Shown piece by piece: positions 1-9,559 of a stretch of 64,000 nt of DNA. A model generated the notes under the pieces. It was not told where the DNA came from, ran no database searches, and was given only the letters and a program-made list of their open reading frames with translations. Source of the stretch: an uncultured Verrucomicrobiota bacterium (GTDB taxonomy: Bacteria; Verrucomicrobiota; Kiritimatiellia; CAIKKV01; CAITUY01); NCBI GenBank assembly GCA_964535015.1, contig CAZHRU010000003.1:3940-67939 (forward strand). The letters run 5' to 3'. A program made the position numbers and the translations under genes. Each line of letters opens with the position of its first letter. Position 1 is the first letter of the stretch.

Positions 1-2
1 GT

Positions 3-2162
3 GTACTGGAGGAGTTTCAGGCCAGGCGAGGGAAGTTGGGCGGGCAGGCTGCCGGGTTTGAGCAGCACCAGCGCCAACTGCGTATTTTGGGGCACCTGAC
101 GGAAGCGGCGCTGGCCTCATCGTCGTTCGTCGAGGCGTTGCGCGAATTAAGCGACGGTCTGGCTGAATTGCTTTCGTGTGATGTGGCGGGGTTGCTCGGT
201 TTTTCGGAGGGCCAGAAGATCCTGGTCCTGAGCGCGCAGAAGAAGGTGACCGAGGAGTTTCTGCGCCAGGCCGAGAGCGAGGTGATCAGCCGGTACAACT
301 CGCTTAGCGGTCAGCAGTTACAACGAACCGACTTGCGGATTCAATGGGAGGGGGAGCCGGTGACGGCGGACGGGGCCCCGGTCCCCGATCGGATGCTGGT
401 CATTCCGATCCTGGTTGGCAATGAAGTCAAGGGGGTGCTGTTGCTGGCGGCGGCGGCGGCCGAAGCCTTTGCCGAGACGGACATCGCCTTCATGTATCAC
501 ACCGCCAATCTGCTTTCGGCGATTCTTTCGGCGGTCAACCGGATCCGTCAGATGGCGGTACATGATGCGTTGACGGGGTTGCACAACCGGGCGCACCTTG
601 AGGAGCAGTTGGAGCGGGCCTGGTCCCTGGCCCGGCGGCATGGTCACCACATGGCGGTCATGATCATGGATTTGGACTACTTCAAGACCTTCAACGACAG
701 TCACGGGCACATGGTGGGGGACCGGTTGCTGAAGGAGTTTGCCGATATCCTGAAGCGGTCGGCACGAACGACGGATGTGGTGGCCCGGTATGGGGGTGAT
801 GAGTTTGTCATCATGTTGCCGGAGACTGATTTGCCGGCGGGCCTGATGTTGGGGAACCGCGTGTTAAAGCTGGTGAGCGAGCATGTATTCTGTGCCGATT
901 CGCTGGGGTTGAAGTTGACGGCCTCGATCGGGGTGGCCACCAGTCTGGATGTTGACCCGGAGGCGCGCGCGTCCGAGATGTTGCGTCTTGCCGATATTGC
1001 GTTGTATGACGCGAAACGTGAGGGGCGCAACTGTGTCCGGTTGTGGTCGGCGGGGAGGGGGGGGCGGGAAACGCAGGCGCCCGAGGGGGGGGCGGAAGGA
1101 CGGGACAAGCCGGGACAGGGGCGAATTCTTCTGGTGGACGACGACTTGGCGATCCTGGAGGTGGTGTCGAGCATGCTGGGGAGCGCTGGTTACACGGTTG
1201 ATGCGGAATCCTCATCGTCGGAGGCTTTTCGCCGGTTGGAGGAGAGCGTCGGGGTTTATGACGTGGTTTTGACGGACCTGCTGATGCCGGACGTGGATGG
1301 CCTGCAGATTCTGGACCGGGTTCGCATGATTGATACGTTGGCGATGCCGATTGTGATGACGGGGCAGGCCACCAAGGATACAGCGGTGTCCAGTTTGCGG
1401 CACGGGGCGTTTGAGTTCATCGAGAAGCCGATCAGAAAGGGTGAACTACTGGCGGTGGTGGAGCGCGCCCGCGAGTACAGGCGGCTCAGGGTGGAGAACG
1501 ACCGTTACCGGATCAGGCTGGAGGACATGGTTCGCCAGAAGAGCAGTGAGTTGGTTGATGCGCTGGAGCGGGTCAAGCACTCGCATGAGTTCACGTTGCT
1601 GGCGCTGGCCAGTCTGTTGGATGCGCGGGAACAGGCGACGGGGCGGCACAGTCTGCGGGTACGGGACTTGGCGTGTGTGCTGGGGCAGGAGATGGGGATG
1701 ACGGAGCACGAATTGAACACGTTGAGGCAGGGCGCCTTGTTGCACGATATCGGCAAGATCGCCGTGCCCGATGCCATTCTTCTCAAGCCGGGGCCGCTGA
1801 CGGAGGAGGAGTGGAAAGTGATGAAGACGCACTCGGAGGTCGGGTACAACATCCTCAAGATCAGTCCGTACATGCAGGAGGTGGCCGATCTGGTGTACTC
1901 GCATCAGGAGCGGTATGACGGGACGGGGTATCCGCGGGGATTGAAAGGCGATGCCATTGCGCTCACGGCGCGGCTGTTTGCGGTGGTGGATGCGTATGAC
2001 GCGATGCGGTCGCATCGGCCTTACCGCCGGGCCATGACTTCGGTCCGGGCGGTGGAGGAGTTAAAGCGGAATGCCGGGACCCAGTTTGATCCGGCGGTGG
2101 TGGCGGCCTTTCTGCAGTGCGAGCATGCCATTGAAGCGGTGGGCCGCTGGGTGCCGGACTGA
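3..2162 (+). CDS. GAF-GGDEF-REC-HD-GYP c-di-GMP turnover protein (5' end lies outside the window)
   Basis: The frame is open back to base 3. It has a GAF-like segment, HDALTGLHNR, RTTD I-site plus RYGGDEF, a REC domain (ILLVDDD...DLLMP...KP), and LLHDIGK / HQERYDGTGYP HD-GYP motifs. Confidence 0.92.
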   Translation, partial: VLEEFQARRGKLGGQAAGFEQHQRQLRILGHLTEAALASSSFVEALRELSDGLAELLSCDVAGLLGFSEGQKILVLSAQKKVTEEFLRQAESEVISRYNSLSGQQLQRTDLRIQWEGEPVTADGAPVPDRMLVIPILVGNEVKGVLLLAAAAAEAFAETDIAFMYHTANLLSAILSAVNRIRQMAVHDALTGLHNRAHLEEQLERAWSLARRHGHHMAVMIMDLDYFKTFNDSHGHMVGDRLLKEFADILKRSARTTDVVARYGGDEFVIMLPETDLPAGLMLGNRVLKLVSEHVFCADSLGLKLTASIGVATSLDVDPEARASEMLRLADIALYDAKREGRNCVRLWSAGRGGRETQAPEGGAEGRDKPGQGRILLVDDDLAILEVVSSMLGSAGYTVDAESSSSEAFRRLEESVGVYDVVLTDLLMPDVDGLQILDRVRMIDTLAMPIVMTGQATKDTAVSSLRHGAFEFIEKPIRKGELLAVVERAREYRRLRVENDRYRIRLEDMVRQKSSELVDALERVKHSHEFTLLALASLLDAREQATGRHSLRVRDLACVLGQEMGMTEHELNTLRQGALLHDIGKIAVPDAILLKPGPLTEEEWKVMKTHSEVGYNILKISPYMQEVADLVYSHQERYDGTGYPRGLKGDAIALTARLFAVVDAYDAMRSHRPYRRAMTSVRAVEELKRNAGTQFDPAVVAAFLQCEHAIEAVGRWVPD

Positions 2163-2184
2163 GGCGTTGTGTTGTGTCGGCGGG

Positions 2185-3585
2185 TTATCCGGGTTCACCA
2201 GCCTGTTCCACTTCCGCGGCGCGGATATTCAACAAGCGCATGCGGTAGTTGAGGATTCTCCTTGTGGTACCCAGGAGTTTTGCCGCGCGGGTCTGGACCC
2301 CCTTGGTTTGCCGGAGCGCGTCGAGGACCAGGCGTCGTTCGAAGGCGTTGACGGCATCTTCAAGCGAGGTGCCGGCCGGCACGGACTGGTGAGGGGTGAC
2401 GGGTGTGATGGGGGCGGTCCGCCGCAACGGGTCCGGGAGATCATCGGCGGTGATCTGGGTTTCGCCGGCGTGCAGGACCAGCATCCGTTCTATGAGGTTA
2501 CGCAACTCGCGGACGTTACCCGGCCAGGGGTATTGTTGCAGGATGGCGAGGGCATCGGGGGTAAAGCCGGCGACCTTGACGTGCATGGACCGGCGGAAGG
2601 ATTCCAGGAAATACTTTGCCAACCGGGGAATGTCGTCCTGGCGTTCACGCAGGGGCGGAAGGCGGATGGGGACTACATTCAGCCGATAGAAGAGGTCGTC
2701 GCGGAATTTCCGGAGGCGGACTTCCTCGGTGAGGTCCCGTGCGGTGGCGGCCACGATGCGCGCGTTGGTGCGGATGATCTGGGTGCCGCCGACGCGCATA
2801 TATTCCCGTTCCTGCAACACGCGCAGTAACTTCACCTGGGTTGAGAGGGACATTTCGCCGACTTCATCGAAGAAGATGGTTCCCTGACCGGCGAGATCAA
2901 AGCGACCGGACTTGCGGGTGTCGGCGCCGGTGAAGGCTCCTTTTTCATGTCCGAACAGTTCGCTTTCGAGGAGGGTTTCGGGCAGGGCGGCGCAATGAAC
3001 GGGGATGAAGGGTTCATCGTGCCGGTTGGCGAGTGCATGGAGGCGGCGGGCGATCAACTCCTTGCCGGTACCGCTCTCGCCGGTGATCAGGACGGTGGCA
3101 TCGGTATCGGCGGCCTTGGCGACATCCGCCATGGCGGCCAGGAATGAGGGGGATTCGCCGACGAGGGCGCTGACGGGGAATTCCTGTTCCACCTCTTTCT
3201 GCAGGGTTTCGACACGGCGCCGCAAGGCGCTGGTTTCCAGGACACGGGCCACGATGCGGCGAATCTCGTCCACATCGAAGGGTTTGACCACGAAATCGTA
3301 GGCGCCAGCCTTCATGGCCTCGACCACGGGGCGGACGGAGGCCGAGGCGCTGACCATGACGCAGGGCAATTCCGGGTAGAGGTGCTGGATCTCCTTCAGG
3401 AGCGTGATGCCGTCCTTTTCGGGCATGAGCACATCCAGCAGAACGAGATCGACCGACTGGGTTTCCAGAGTTTTGGAGGCGGCGGCCGCGTGTTCGGCCA
3501 GGGTGAGGTGGTAGGAGCGGGCGAAGACTTGCCGGAGGGATTCACGGCTGCCGCGGTCATCATCGACAATCAGGATGCGTTTCAT
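2185..3585 (-). CDS. NtrC/AtoC-family sigma-54-dependent response regulator (REC-AAA+-Fis HTH)
   Basis: REC (ILIVDDD, DVLMP), Walker A GESGTGKE, GAFTGA motif, WPGNVREL, and a C-terminal HTH (TRAAKLLG). Confidence 0.95.
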   Translation of the reverse strand: MKRILIVDDDRGSRESLRQVFARSYHLTLAEHAAAASKTLETQSVDLVLLDVLMPEKDGITLLKEIQHLYPELPCVMVSASASVRPVVEAMKAGAYDFVVKPFDVDEIRRIVARVLETSALRRRVETLQKEVEQEFPVSALVGESPSFLAAMADVAKAADTDATVLITGESGTGKELIARRLHALANRHDEPFIPVHCAALPETLLESELFGHEKGAFTGADTRKSGRFDLAGQGTIFFDEVGEMSLSTQVKLLRVLQEREYMRVGGTQIIRTNARIVAATARDLTEEVRLRKFRDDLFYRLNVVPIRLPPLRERQDDIPRLAKYFLESFRRSMHVKVAGFTPDALAILQQYPWPGNVRELRNLIERMLVLHAGETQITADDLPDPLRRTAPITPVTPHQSVPAGTSLEDAVNAFERRLVLDALRQTKGVQTRAAKLLGTTRRILNYRMRLLNIRAAEVEQAGEPG

Positions 3586-5588
3586 GGTGGTGGCCCTCCT
3601 CCTTCAATAGCCGGAAGGCGCACGGTGACACAGGTTCCGAGTTCGTTCGAGTGAATGGCGATCTGGCCGTTATGGTCAAGGATGGTGCGTTGTGCGACGG
3701 GGAGGCCGAGGCCGATTCCGCGTGCCTTGGTGGTGTAGAAGGGGGAGAAGACCTTGCTGAGGTGATCGGCGGGGATGCCCGGGCCGTTATCCTTGACGAC
3801 AAGGACCACGGTGGGTTGGAGGGGGTCGTCCTGTTGGGCATGCAGGAGGAGGGACAGTTCGGGACGGGGTTGGTTGGCCAGGGCCTCGATGGCATTGCGG
3901 ATGAGGTGCTGGAAGGCTTCACCAAGGGCGCGGGCGTCGCCGTTCACCTTGGGAATGGGGGTATCGGCTGAGATTCGCGTATGGAGGGCCTCGCGTTGTG
4001 CGGGCGTGAGGAGCGAGGCGAGGGAGGTCTCCACAATGGCGGCGATGTTCAGAGGTGATGGATGGAGGGGTGGGGGGTGCGCGTAGTCGTTGATCTGATT
4101 GATAATGGCGTTCAGGCGGTCCACTTCCAAAGAGACGAGGTCGCTGAACTCGGCCCGGAATTCCTTGTCGTCGTACCGTTCCGGCAGCAATTGGGCAAAG
4201 GTTTTGATGGTGACCAGAGGGTTGCGGACCTCGTGTGACATTCCGGCGGCCAGTTCGGCCCAGAAGGTGGCGCGTTCGAGCCGTTCTGTTTTTTCCAGGA
4301 GGATTGCCTGATCGGTCACGTCCTGGATGATGGCCAGGGCGCCCAGGCAGAGGGCGCGGTTGATCAGGCGTTCTGTCCGGACGATCAGGCTGCGACGGGT
4401 GGATGGATCAATCCAGGACGCATTGCCGGGGACCCCATTTTCGCCCAGGGTGCGCCGGAAGATATCGGCCAGACGACCGTCGACGGCCTCAATGGGGTGG
4501 CCGGTGGCGGATTCGGCGTTGCCGCCGATCATGTCACGGGCGGCTTGATTGCACCAACGGACGATGCCATCGGCGTCCACGGCGATGATGCCGGAGGGGA
4601 GGGCATGGAGGAGGGTTTCGGCCAGTGTTTTCTGAAGTGTGACCTCCTCAAGGAGCAGGGCGTTCTCAAGCGTTGTGGAGACGCAGTCGGCGAGGGCGAT
4701 CAGGTTTTCGACACGGGTATTGTCGAAGGGGGCCCCGGTGGAGAGGTGGCCGACGTGGATCCAGCCGAGGAGTCGGTCGCGGGATTGGAGAGGAACGAGG
4801 GCCTCGGCGCCCAGTTGATCCAGTGTCTGAGCGAGAACGAGGCGGGTGGTGGGGTCCTCGGTGAGGTTCAGGTTGGAACGGGTGATGGCGTGGGCCCGGA
4901 GTTTCAGCCAGCGGACGAGCGGGTGGTTGGCATCGAATTCCAGTCCGGCGGTGTTTTCCATGCAGCGGACATTTGCCCTGAGTCGGTAGTATTCGCCGTC
5001 GCGGGTGCGGCAGAAGATGCCTACGCGCGCCACCTTCAGGGTGCCGGCGGTTTCATCGGCGAGACGGTGCAGGAGGGAGTCCACATTGCTGAACTGACGG
5101 AGTGCGGAGGAGAAATCGCTGACCGTGAGGCAGGCCGGGCGGGTATCGGCGTTGCGGGTGGTGTCGGAGTTTATGATGGCGGACAGGCGGGCGGTATCGG
5201 CCCGCAGGCGGCGATTATCCTCGGCGGTGGACAGATGAGTCAAGGCGCGTTCAACCAGAGAGGAGATTCGGCGGTAGTCCGCCTCGGCGTCCTCCACGGC
5301 ATAGAGTCCCATTCCCTGTGCGGCGAGCATGGGGTCGCTGCCGGGGACGCCAAAGGCGATGATCAGGCCGTGGGGCCAGGAGGCGGTCAGGTGGTGGAGT
5401 TGGTCGAAAACGCCGGGGGACTGGAGATCCATCAGTAGGAGGCAGGCGGGCAGGCGGTCGAGTTCGGCGGACAGTTCATGTGGTGAGGACACGGGTTGCA
5501 CCGAGACGATGCCGTCCAATCCCGCGCACAGGCGTTGAGCCCATGTGTCGGAATTACTGCAAAGCAGACAGGTTAGGGGTGATTTCAT
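3582..5588 (-). CDS. Soluble sensor histidine kinase (degenerate REC-GAF-PAS-HisKA-HATPase)
   Basis: H-box MSHEVRNPL, N-box HLIRNAIEA, G boxes DNGPGI and GIGLGL, PAS-like LPSGIIAVD. Its stop overlaps the downstream start by 4 bp (ATGA). Confidence 0.9.
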   Translation of the reverse strand: MKSPLTCLLCSNSDTWAQRLCAGLDGIVSVQPVSSPHELSAELDRLPACLLLMDLQSPGVFDQLHHLTASWPHGLIIAFGVPGSDPMLAAQGMGLYAVEDAEADYRRISSLVERALTHLSTAEDNRRLRADTARLSAIINSDTTRNADTRPACLTVSDFSSALRQFSNVDSLLHRLADETAGTLKVARVGIFCRTRDGEYYRLRANVRCMENTAGLEFDANHPLVRWLKLRAHAITRSNLNLTEDPTTRLVLAQTLDQLGAEALVPLQSRDRLLGWIHVGHLSTGAPFDNTRVENLIALADCVSTTLENALLLEEVTLQKTLAETLLHALPSGIIAVDADGIVRWCNQAARDMIGGNAESATGHPIEAVDGRLADIFRRTLGENGVPGNASWIDPSTRRSLIVRTERLINRALCLGALAIIQDVTDQAILLEKTERLERATFWAELAAGMSHEVRNPLVTIKTFAQLLPERYDDKEFRAEFSDLVSLEVDRLNAIINQINDYAHPPPLHPSPLNIAAIVETSLASLLTPAQREALHTRISADTPIPKVNGDARALGEAFQHLIRNAIEALANQPRPELSLLLHAQQDDPLQPTVVLVVKDNGPGIPADHLSKVFSPFYTTKARGIGLGLPVAQRTILDHNGQIAIHSNELGTCVTVRLPAIEGGGPPP

Positions 5589-8083
5589 GGTGGTGCCGTG
5601 CCGTCGTTGAACAGTGGGAACTGTAGGGTGAATGTGGTTCCCTGCCCGATCGCGCTCTTGACGTCGATGATGCCGCTGTGTTCATGAATGATGCCGTGGG
5701 CGACGGAAAGCCCAAGGCCGGTGCCGTGGCTTTTGGTGGTGAAGAAGGGGTCGAAGATGTGAGTGAGGGCGTCCTGGGCGATGCCTTCGCCGGTGTCCTG
5801 GATGGAGAGGACGATATGGCGTCCGTTGGGGTGATGGTTTGGAGGGGAGAGAGGGTGGTAGTCGGTGGTGGTGATGGTCAGGGTGCCGGAGTCGGGCATG
5901 GCATCGATGGCGTTCAGGAAGAAGTTAATGAGGGCCTGGCCCAACTGATGGGCGTCGGCGTTGATCAGGTCGGAGGTGGCCTCGAAGTGTTGTTCCAGCC
6001 GGATGTCTTTCTGGCGGAGTTGCTGACTCATCAGTTTGGTGGCGTGGTCGAGGACTTCGTGGAGGTGGGAAGGGGCGAGGATGGGGCGGGACGGTCGTGA
6101 GAAGCGCAGGAGTTGGTTAACGATGGTGTCGATGCGTTTGACTTCGGATCCGACCAGGGAGGTGAAGGTGTCGCGGAAGTCGGCGTCGTCGAAGCGTTCG
6201 GGGAGGAGTTGGGTGAAGGTTTTGATGGAGACGAGGGGGTTCTTGATTTCGTGGGCCATGCCCGCGGCGAGGGTGCCGATACTGGCGAGGCGGTCGGTCC
6301 GGCGGACTTGCAGTTCCAGTTGGCGGATGGCGGTGAGGTCGTTGATGACCAGGAACGCGCCCATCATCTGGCCGGTGTGGCTGTAGAACACGGAACTGCT
6401 GACGCGGACGGGGGTTTCGGTGTCGTCGGGCCAAGGGAGGATGATATCCTTGTCGCGGGTGCCCTGGCCTTGAGTGATGGTTTCCGTGAAGACGTCGGCG
6501 AGAGCGGGGGGGATGGCGGCGAGGGTGGTGGGAGCGGAGGCGAGGTGGAGAATGCGTTGAGCCTCGCGATTGAAGACGGTCAGGTTGCTGTTGGTGTCGG
6601 CGGCGATGACGCCGCTGGCGAGGCCATCCACGAGTAGGTCGTTGTAGAGTTTGGCATTTTGGACCTCGGTATAGAGGCGGGCGTTATTCAGGGCGATGGC
6701 CAGTTGGTTGCACAGGAGTTGCAGTCCCTGTTGGTCGGGCGCTCCGTAGATGCGTCCTGACAGTTTGGGTCCAAGGAGGAGAATGCCTTCAAGGCCGTCC
6801 GGGGACCGCATGCCGGCGGCGGCGGAGATCTTGATATTGTCGAGGAACTGGATGGTCTGCGCCATGGTGGGGTTGGGATTGAGGCGTTTTATGATGTCCG
6901 GGACGATGGTCTCGCCGCTCTCCCTGAGCATTTGGGGCAGGATGTCGTGTTGGCTGATTGTCAACGGTGTGGAGCCTGGAGTGAGCGGGTAGCGTTCGAC
7001 ATAGGAATCGTCCTTGGCGAAGAGGATGCGGACTTGATCCGTGCCCGTCGCCTCCGCCACCAGGCGGGCGAATTCAGAAACCAAGGCGTCTATCGTGGTA
7101 ATCGATCGCAGGATATTGGATGTCGATTGCATGGCGGAGGAAACATCCATGGGGGCAAAATGGATAAAGACGCGATTGGCGAACCGTTGCATCCGGCCGT
7201 GAGCCGGGGCGAGTGAGAAGGCGGTTGTCAAGGCGGCAAGAAAATGGGCGATGGGATGGTTGGAAATGTGGAATACCGAGAGTAGCTGGTTTACCGGCCA
7301 CCAGGTGACGAAATAGACGATGGAGAGATAGAAGATCAACAGGCTGTAGGCAATGGCCATTCGGAAGACGTAGGCCATGTCCATGATGCGGCGAGTGGCG
7401 ATGCCATAGGCGATGACGACATCCAGCACGATGACTGACAAGGGGGCAAGTTGAATGGGCGCGGACGTCTCCATAAACAGGGGAACGAGGATGACCAATC
7501 CGAGGGCGGACAACAGGCCAAGGGCGGCCCCCAGAAGGACATAGTTCATTTCCGCGCGGCGGATGCCTTGCAGGTGTTTCAGGGAGCGGGCGAACTCCCA
7601 GATGAGAAGGATCAGGGACCCCGTGAAGAAGACCGGGAAAAGCCAAAAGGCCACACCAAAGACAGGTTCCGGGACCGCCATGGCGGGGTTGGCGGGATTG
7701 GAGGGGGAGTACATGCCTTGCACGATGAGCGGGGTTAGGGAGGCGGTCAGCGACAAGGCAATGGCCGCGCCCAGCCAGACGCGGTTACGGGTGATGATTT
7801 TCCAGCTACTGTCGGCGGGGAAAAGAATGGACTGGCGGAGCCAGTCGAACGTCAGCGGGAAAAGGGCGGCCATGCTGTGACAAAAGCGAATCAAGAACAG
7901 GGTGATGCGATCCGACGGAGCAGAAAAGCCGAGGGCGAGCGCGATGAGCCAACACGCCAGAATGCCGGACAGGACCATGAATAGTTGATTGGTTGGCCGG
8001 CGGGGGTTGGTTCGATAGACGCTGATGCCCAGTCCCACGTCAAACCCGACGGCGATGAGATGGAAAACTGATAAGATGTTCAT
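5585..8083 (-). CDS. Membrane histidine kinase with N-terminal multi-TM (HisKA_7TM-like) sensor, GAF, PAS, HisKA-HATPase
   Basis: About 300-aa hydrophobic N-terminus with many TM helices, GAF (LLLGPKLSGRIY...QLAIALNNA), MAHEIKNPL, NFFLNAIDA, DTGEGI, GTGLGL. Confidence 0.92.
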   Translation of the reverse strand: MNILSVFHLIAVGFDVGLGISVYRTNPRRPTNQLFMVLSGILACWLIALALGFSAPSDRITLFLIRFCHSMAALFPLTFDWLRQSILFPADSSWKIITRNRVWLGAAIALSLTASLTPLIVQGMYSPSNPANPAMAVPEPVFGVAFWLFPVFFTGSLILLIWEFARSLKHLQGIRRAEMNYVLLGAALGLLSALGLVILVPLFMETSAPIQLAPLSVIVLDVVIAYGIATRRIMDMAYVFRMAIAYSLLIFYLSIVYFVTWWPVNQLLSVFHISNHPIAHFLAALTTAFSLAPAHGRMQRFANRVFIHFAPMDVSSAMQSTSNILRSITTIDALVSEFARLVAEATGTDQVRILFAKDDSYVERYPLTPGSTPLTISQHDILPQMLRESGETIVPDIIKRLNPNPTMAQTIQFLDNIKISAAAGMRSPDGLEGILLLGPKLSGRIYGAPDQQGLQLLCNQLAIALNNARLYTEVQNAKLYNDLLVDGLASGVIAADTNSNLTVFNREAQRILHLASAPTTLAAIPPALADVFTETITQGQGTRDKDIILPWPDDTETPVRVSSSVFYSHTGQMMGAFLVINDLTAIRQLELQVRRTDRLASIGTLAAGMAHEIKNPLVSIKTFTQLLPERFDDADFRDTFTSLVGSEVKRIDTIVNQLLRFSRPSRPILAPSHLHEVLDHATKLMSQQLRQKDIRLEQHFEATSDLINADAHQLGQALINFFLNAIDAMPDSGTLTITTTDYHPLSPPNHHPNGRHIVLSIQDTGEGIAQDALTHIFDPFFTTKSHGTGLGLSVAHGIIHEHSGIIDVKSAIGQGTTFTLQFPLFNDGTAPP

Positions 8084-9324
8084 AGGAACCCCGGGGGCCG
8101 CTCGACAATGAGAGTGCTGTTATTGCCCCCCAGTCCGTGGGAGTTGATCAATACAACCCTGGCGTCAATGCGTCGGGCTTTCCAGGGGACATAGTCGAGG
8201 TCGCAGGCGGGGTCGGGTTTGTCAAGATTGGTTGTTGGGGTAAGAATTCCATTTCGCATGCCCATGGAACTGGCGATGACTTGGAGCGGGCCTGCGACGG
8301 CGAGGGGGCTGCCGATAACGCCTTTGATGGAGGTTACCGGTGTCCGGTAGGCAAGAGGCCCGAAGACTCTCTTGATCATTAACGTCTCGATGCGGTCAAT
8401 AAGGGGATGTCCGGGGCCATGGGCGGAAATATAGTCCACACTTTCTGTTCTTATGCCTGCGTTGGCAAGAGCCATACGCATGGTGTCTTCAAGGCCAGAA
8501 CCGGGTTGAGCGAGGTCGGGATCCACACGGGTAGCAAACCCGGTGATCTCGAGATAAGGCCGTACCCCACGCCTCCGGGCATGTTCAAGGCTTTCCAGAA
8601 TCAGGATTCCCGATCCTTCGGAGAGGACTCCCGAATCCCGGTCAAGGTCAAACGGACGACAGGCTTTCCCCGGGGTGTCGTTGCGCGTCGAGAGCAAACC
8701 GCCTGCTGCCATGGCTGAATAGGTCAAGGTGTTGATGGGGGCATCTGTGGCGCCACACATCCCGATTTCGGCTTTTCCGCGTCGGATCAGATCGGCGGTG
8801 GCGGCAATGGCGTCAATTCCCGCCGTGCAGGCGGAACCTGTTGTTGTGGCCTGGGTGATACGGGGGATGTATTGGGCCAATATACTGGCGGCATGATGGG
8901 GATGCGAGGCTTGAGCCAGATGGGCATGCATGCGTTCAGGCCCGTGGGCCAGCAGGCGGTCATGGATTTGGGCAACGACCTCAATGGCGATCGAACCGAC
9001 TCCCAGTATCAAAGGGAAGGGTTGATTGCCGGTGCGATGTTCCGTAAGGGATGCATCCTTGAGAGCCTCGTAGGCGGCCGCCAGGGCCATCTGGGTTTGG
9101 CGGGCGATTCGCTTGGTGCTGATATGATGCCCCACATGGACTGAGGGATTGAAGTCCTGAACTTCGCCGGCAATTCGACTTGGGTATCCGGTGGTATCAA
9201 ACGACCGGATCGCCTTGATGCCGCTCCGGCACGCAACAAGTGATTCCCAAAAGGCAGTCTTCCCTATTCCATTTGGTGCAACGACGCCCAATCCAGTGAC
9301 AACCACTCTATTGCAAATTGCCAT
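8080..9324 (-). CDS. FabF/KAS II-like beta-ketoacyl synthase family protein with atypical active site
   Basis: Start MAICNRVVVTGLGVVAPNG, then SACTAG (catalytic Cys), CRPFDLDRDSGVLSEG, SAHGPGH, SIKGVIGS and NSHGLGGNN. The start is placed at ATG 9324; the longer ORF-track extension overlaps the divergent gene. Confidence 0.9.
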   Translation of the reverse strand: MAICNRVVVTGLGVVAPNGIGKTAFWESLVACRSGIKAIRSFDTTGYPSRIAGEVQDFNPSVHVGHHISTKRIARQTQMALAAAYEALKDASLTEHRTGNQPFPLILGVGSIAIEVVAQIHDRLLAHGPERMHAHLAQASHPHHAASILAQYIPRITQATTTGSACTAGIDAIAATADLIRRGKAEIGMCGATDAPINTLTYSAMAAGGLLSTRNDTPGKACRPFDLDRDSGVLSEGSGILILESLEHARRRGVRPYLEITGFATRVDPDLAQPGSGLEDTMRMALANAGIRTESVDYISAHGPGHPLIDRIETLMIKRVFGPLAYRTPVTSIKGVIGSPLAVAGPLQVIASSMGMRNGILTPTTNLDKPDPACDLDYVPWKARRIDARVVLINSHGLGGNNSTLIVERPPGFL

Positions 9325-9559
9325 CTTCTGTTGCCTGGGGAAGGTTTCCTTATTCAAGCACTTGTGCAGAGAGAAACTTTCGTGTTGAGAAAACGCGCAA
9401 AAATAATAACTATTACCTCGCAAATATGGCGCTGAAAGGGTTATGTTCAAAAGTGCGCATCTAATGTTCAAGTTTGTACAAAGACGTCCAGCCAATTGCA
9501 AGGAATAAATCAACGAACTGTGATGGAATTGTTGGTGAGTGCTTAGAAAAGGAGATGCA

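Noticed and set aside
2185-8083. Classical PEP-CTERM PrsK/PrsR or NtrB/NtrC pair
   Set aside because: The architecture is similar, but there is no exosortase, PEP-CTERM or glnA gene nearby, and the operon is led by a ketosynthase, so no symbol was assigned.
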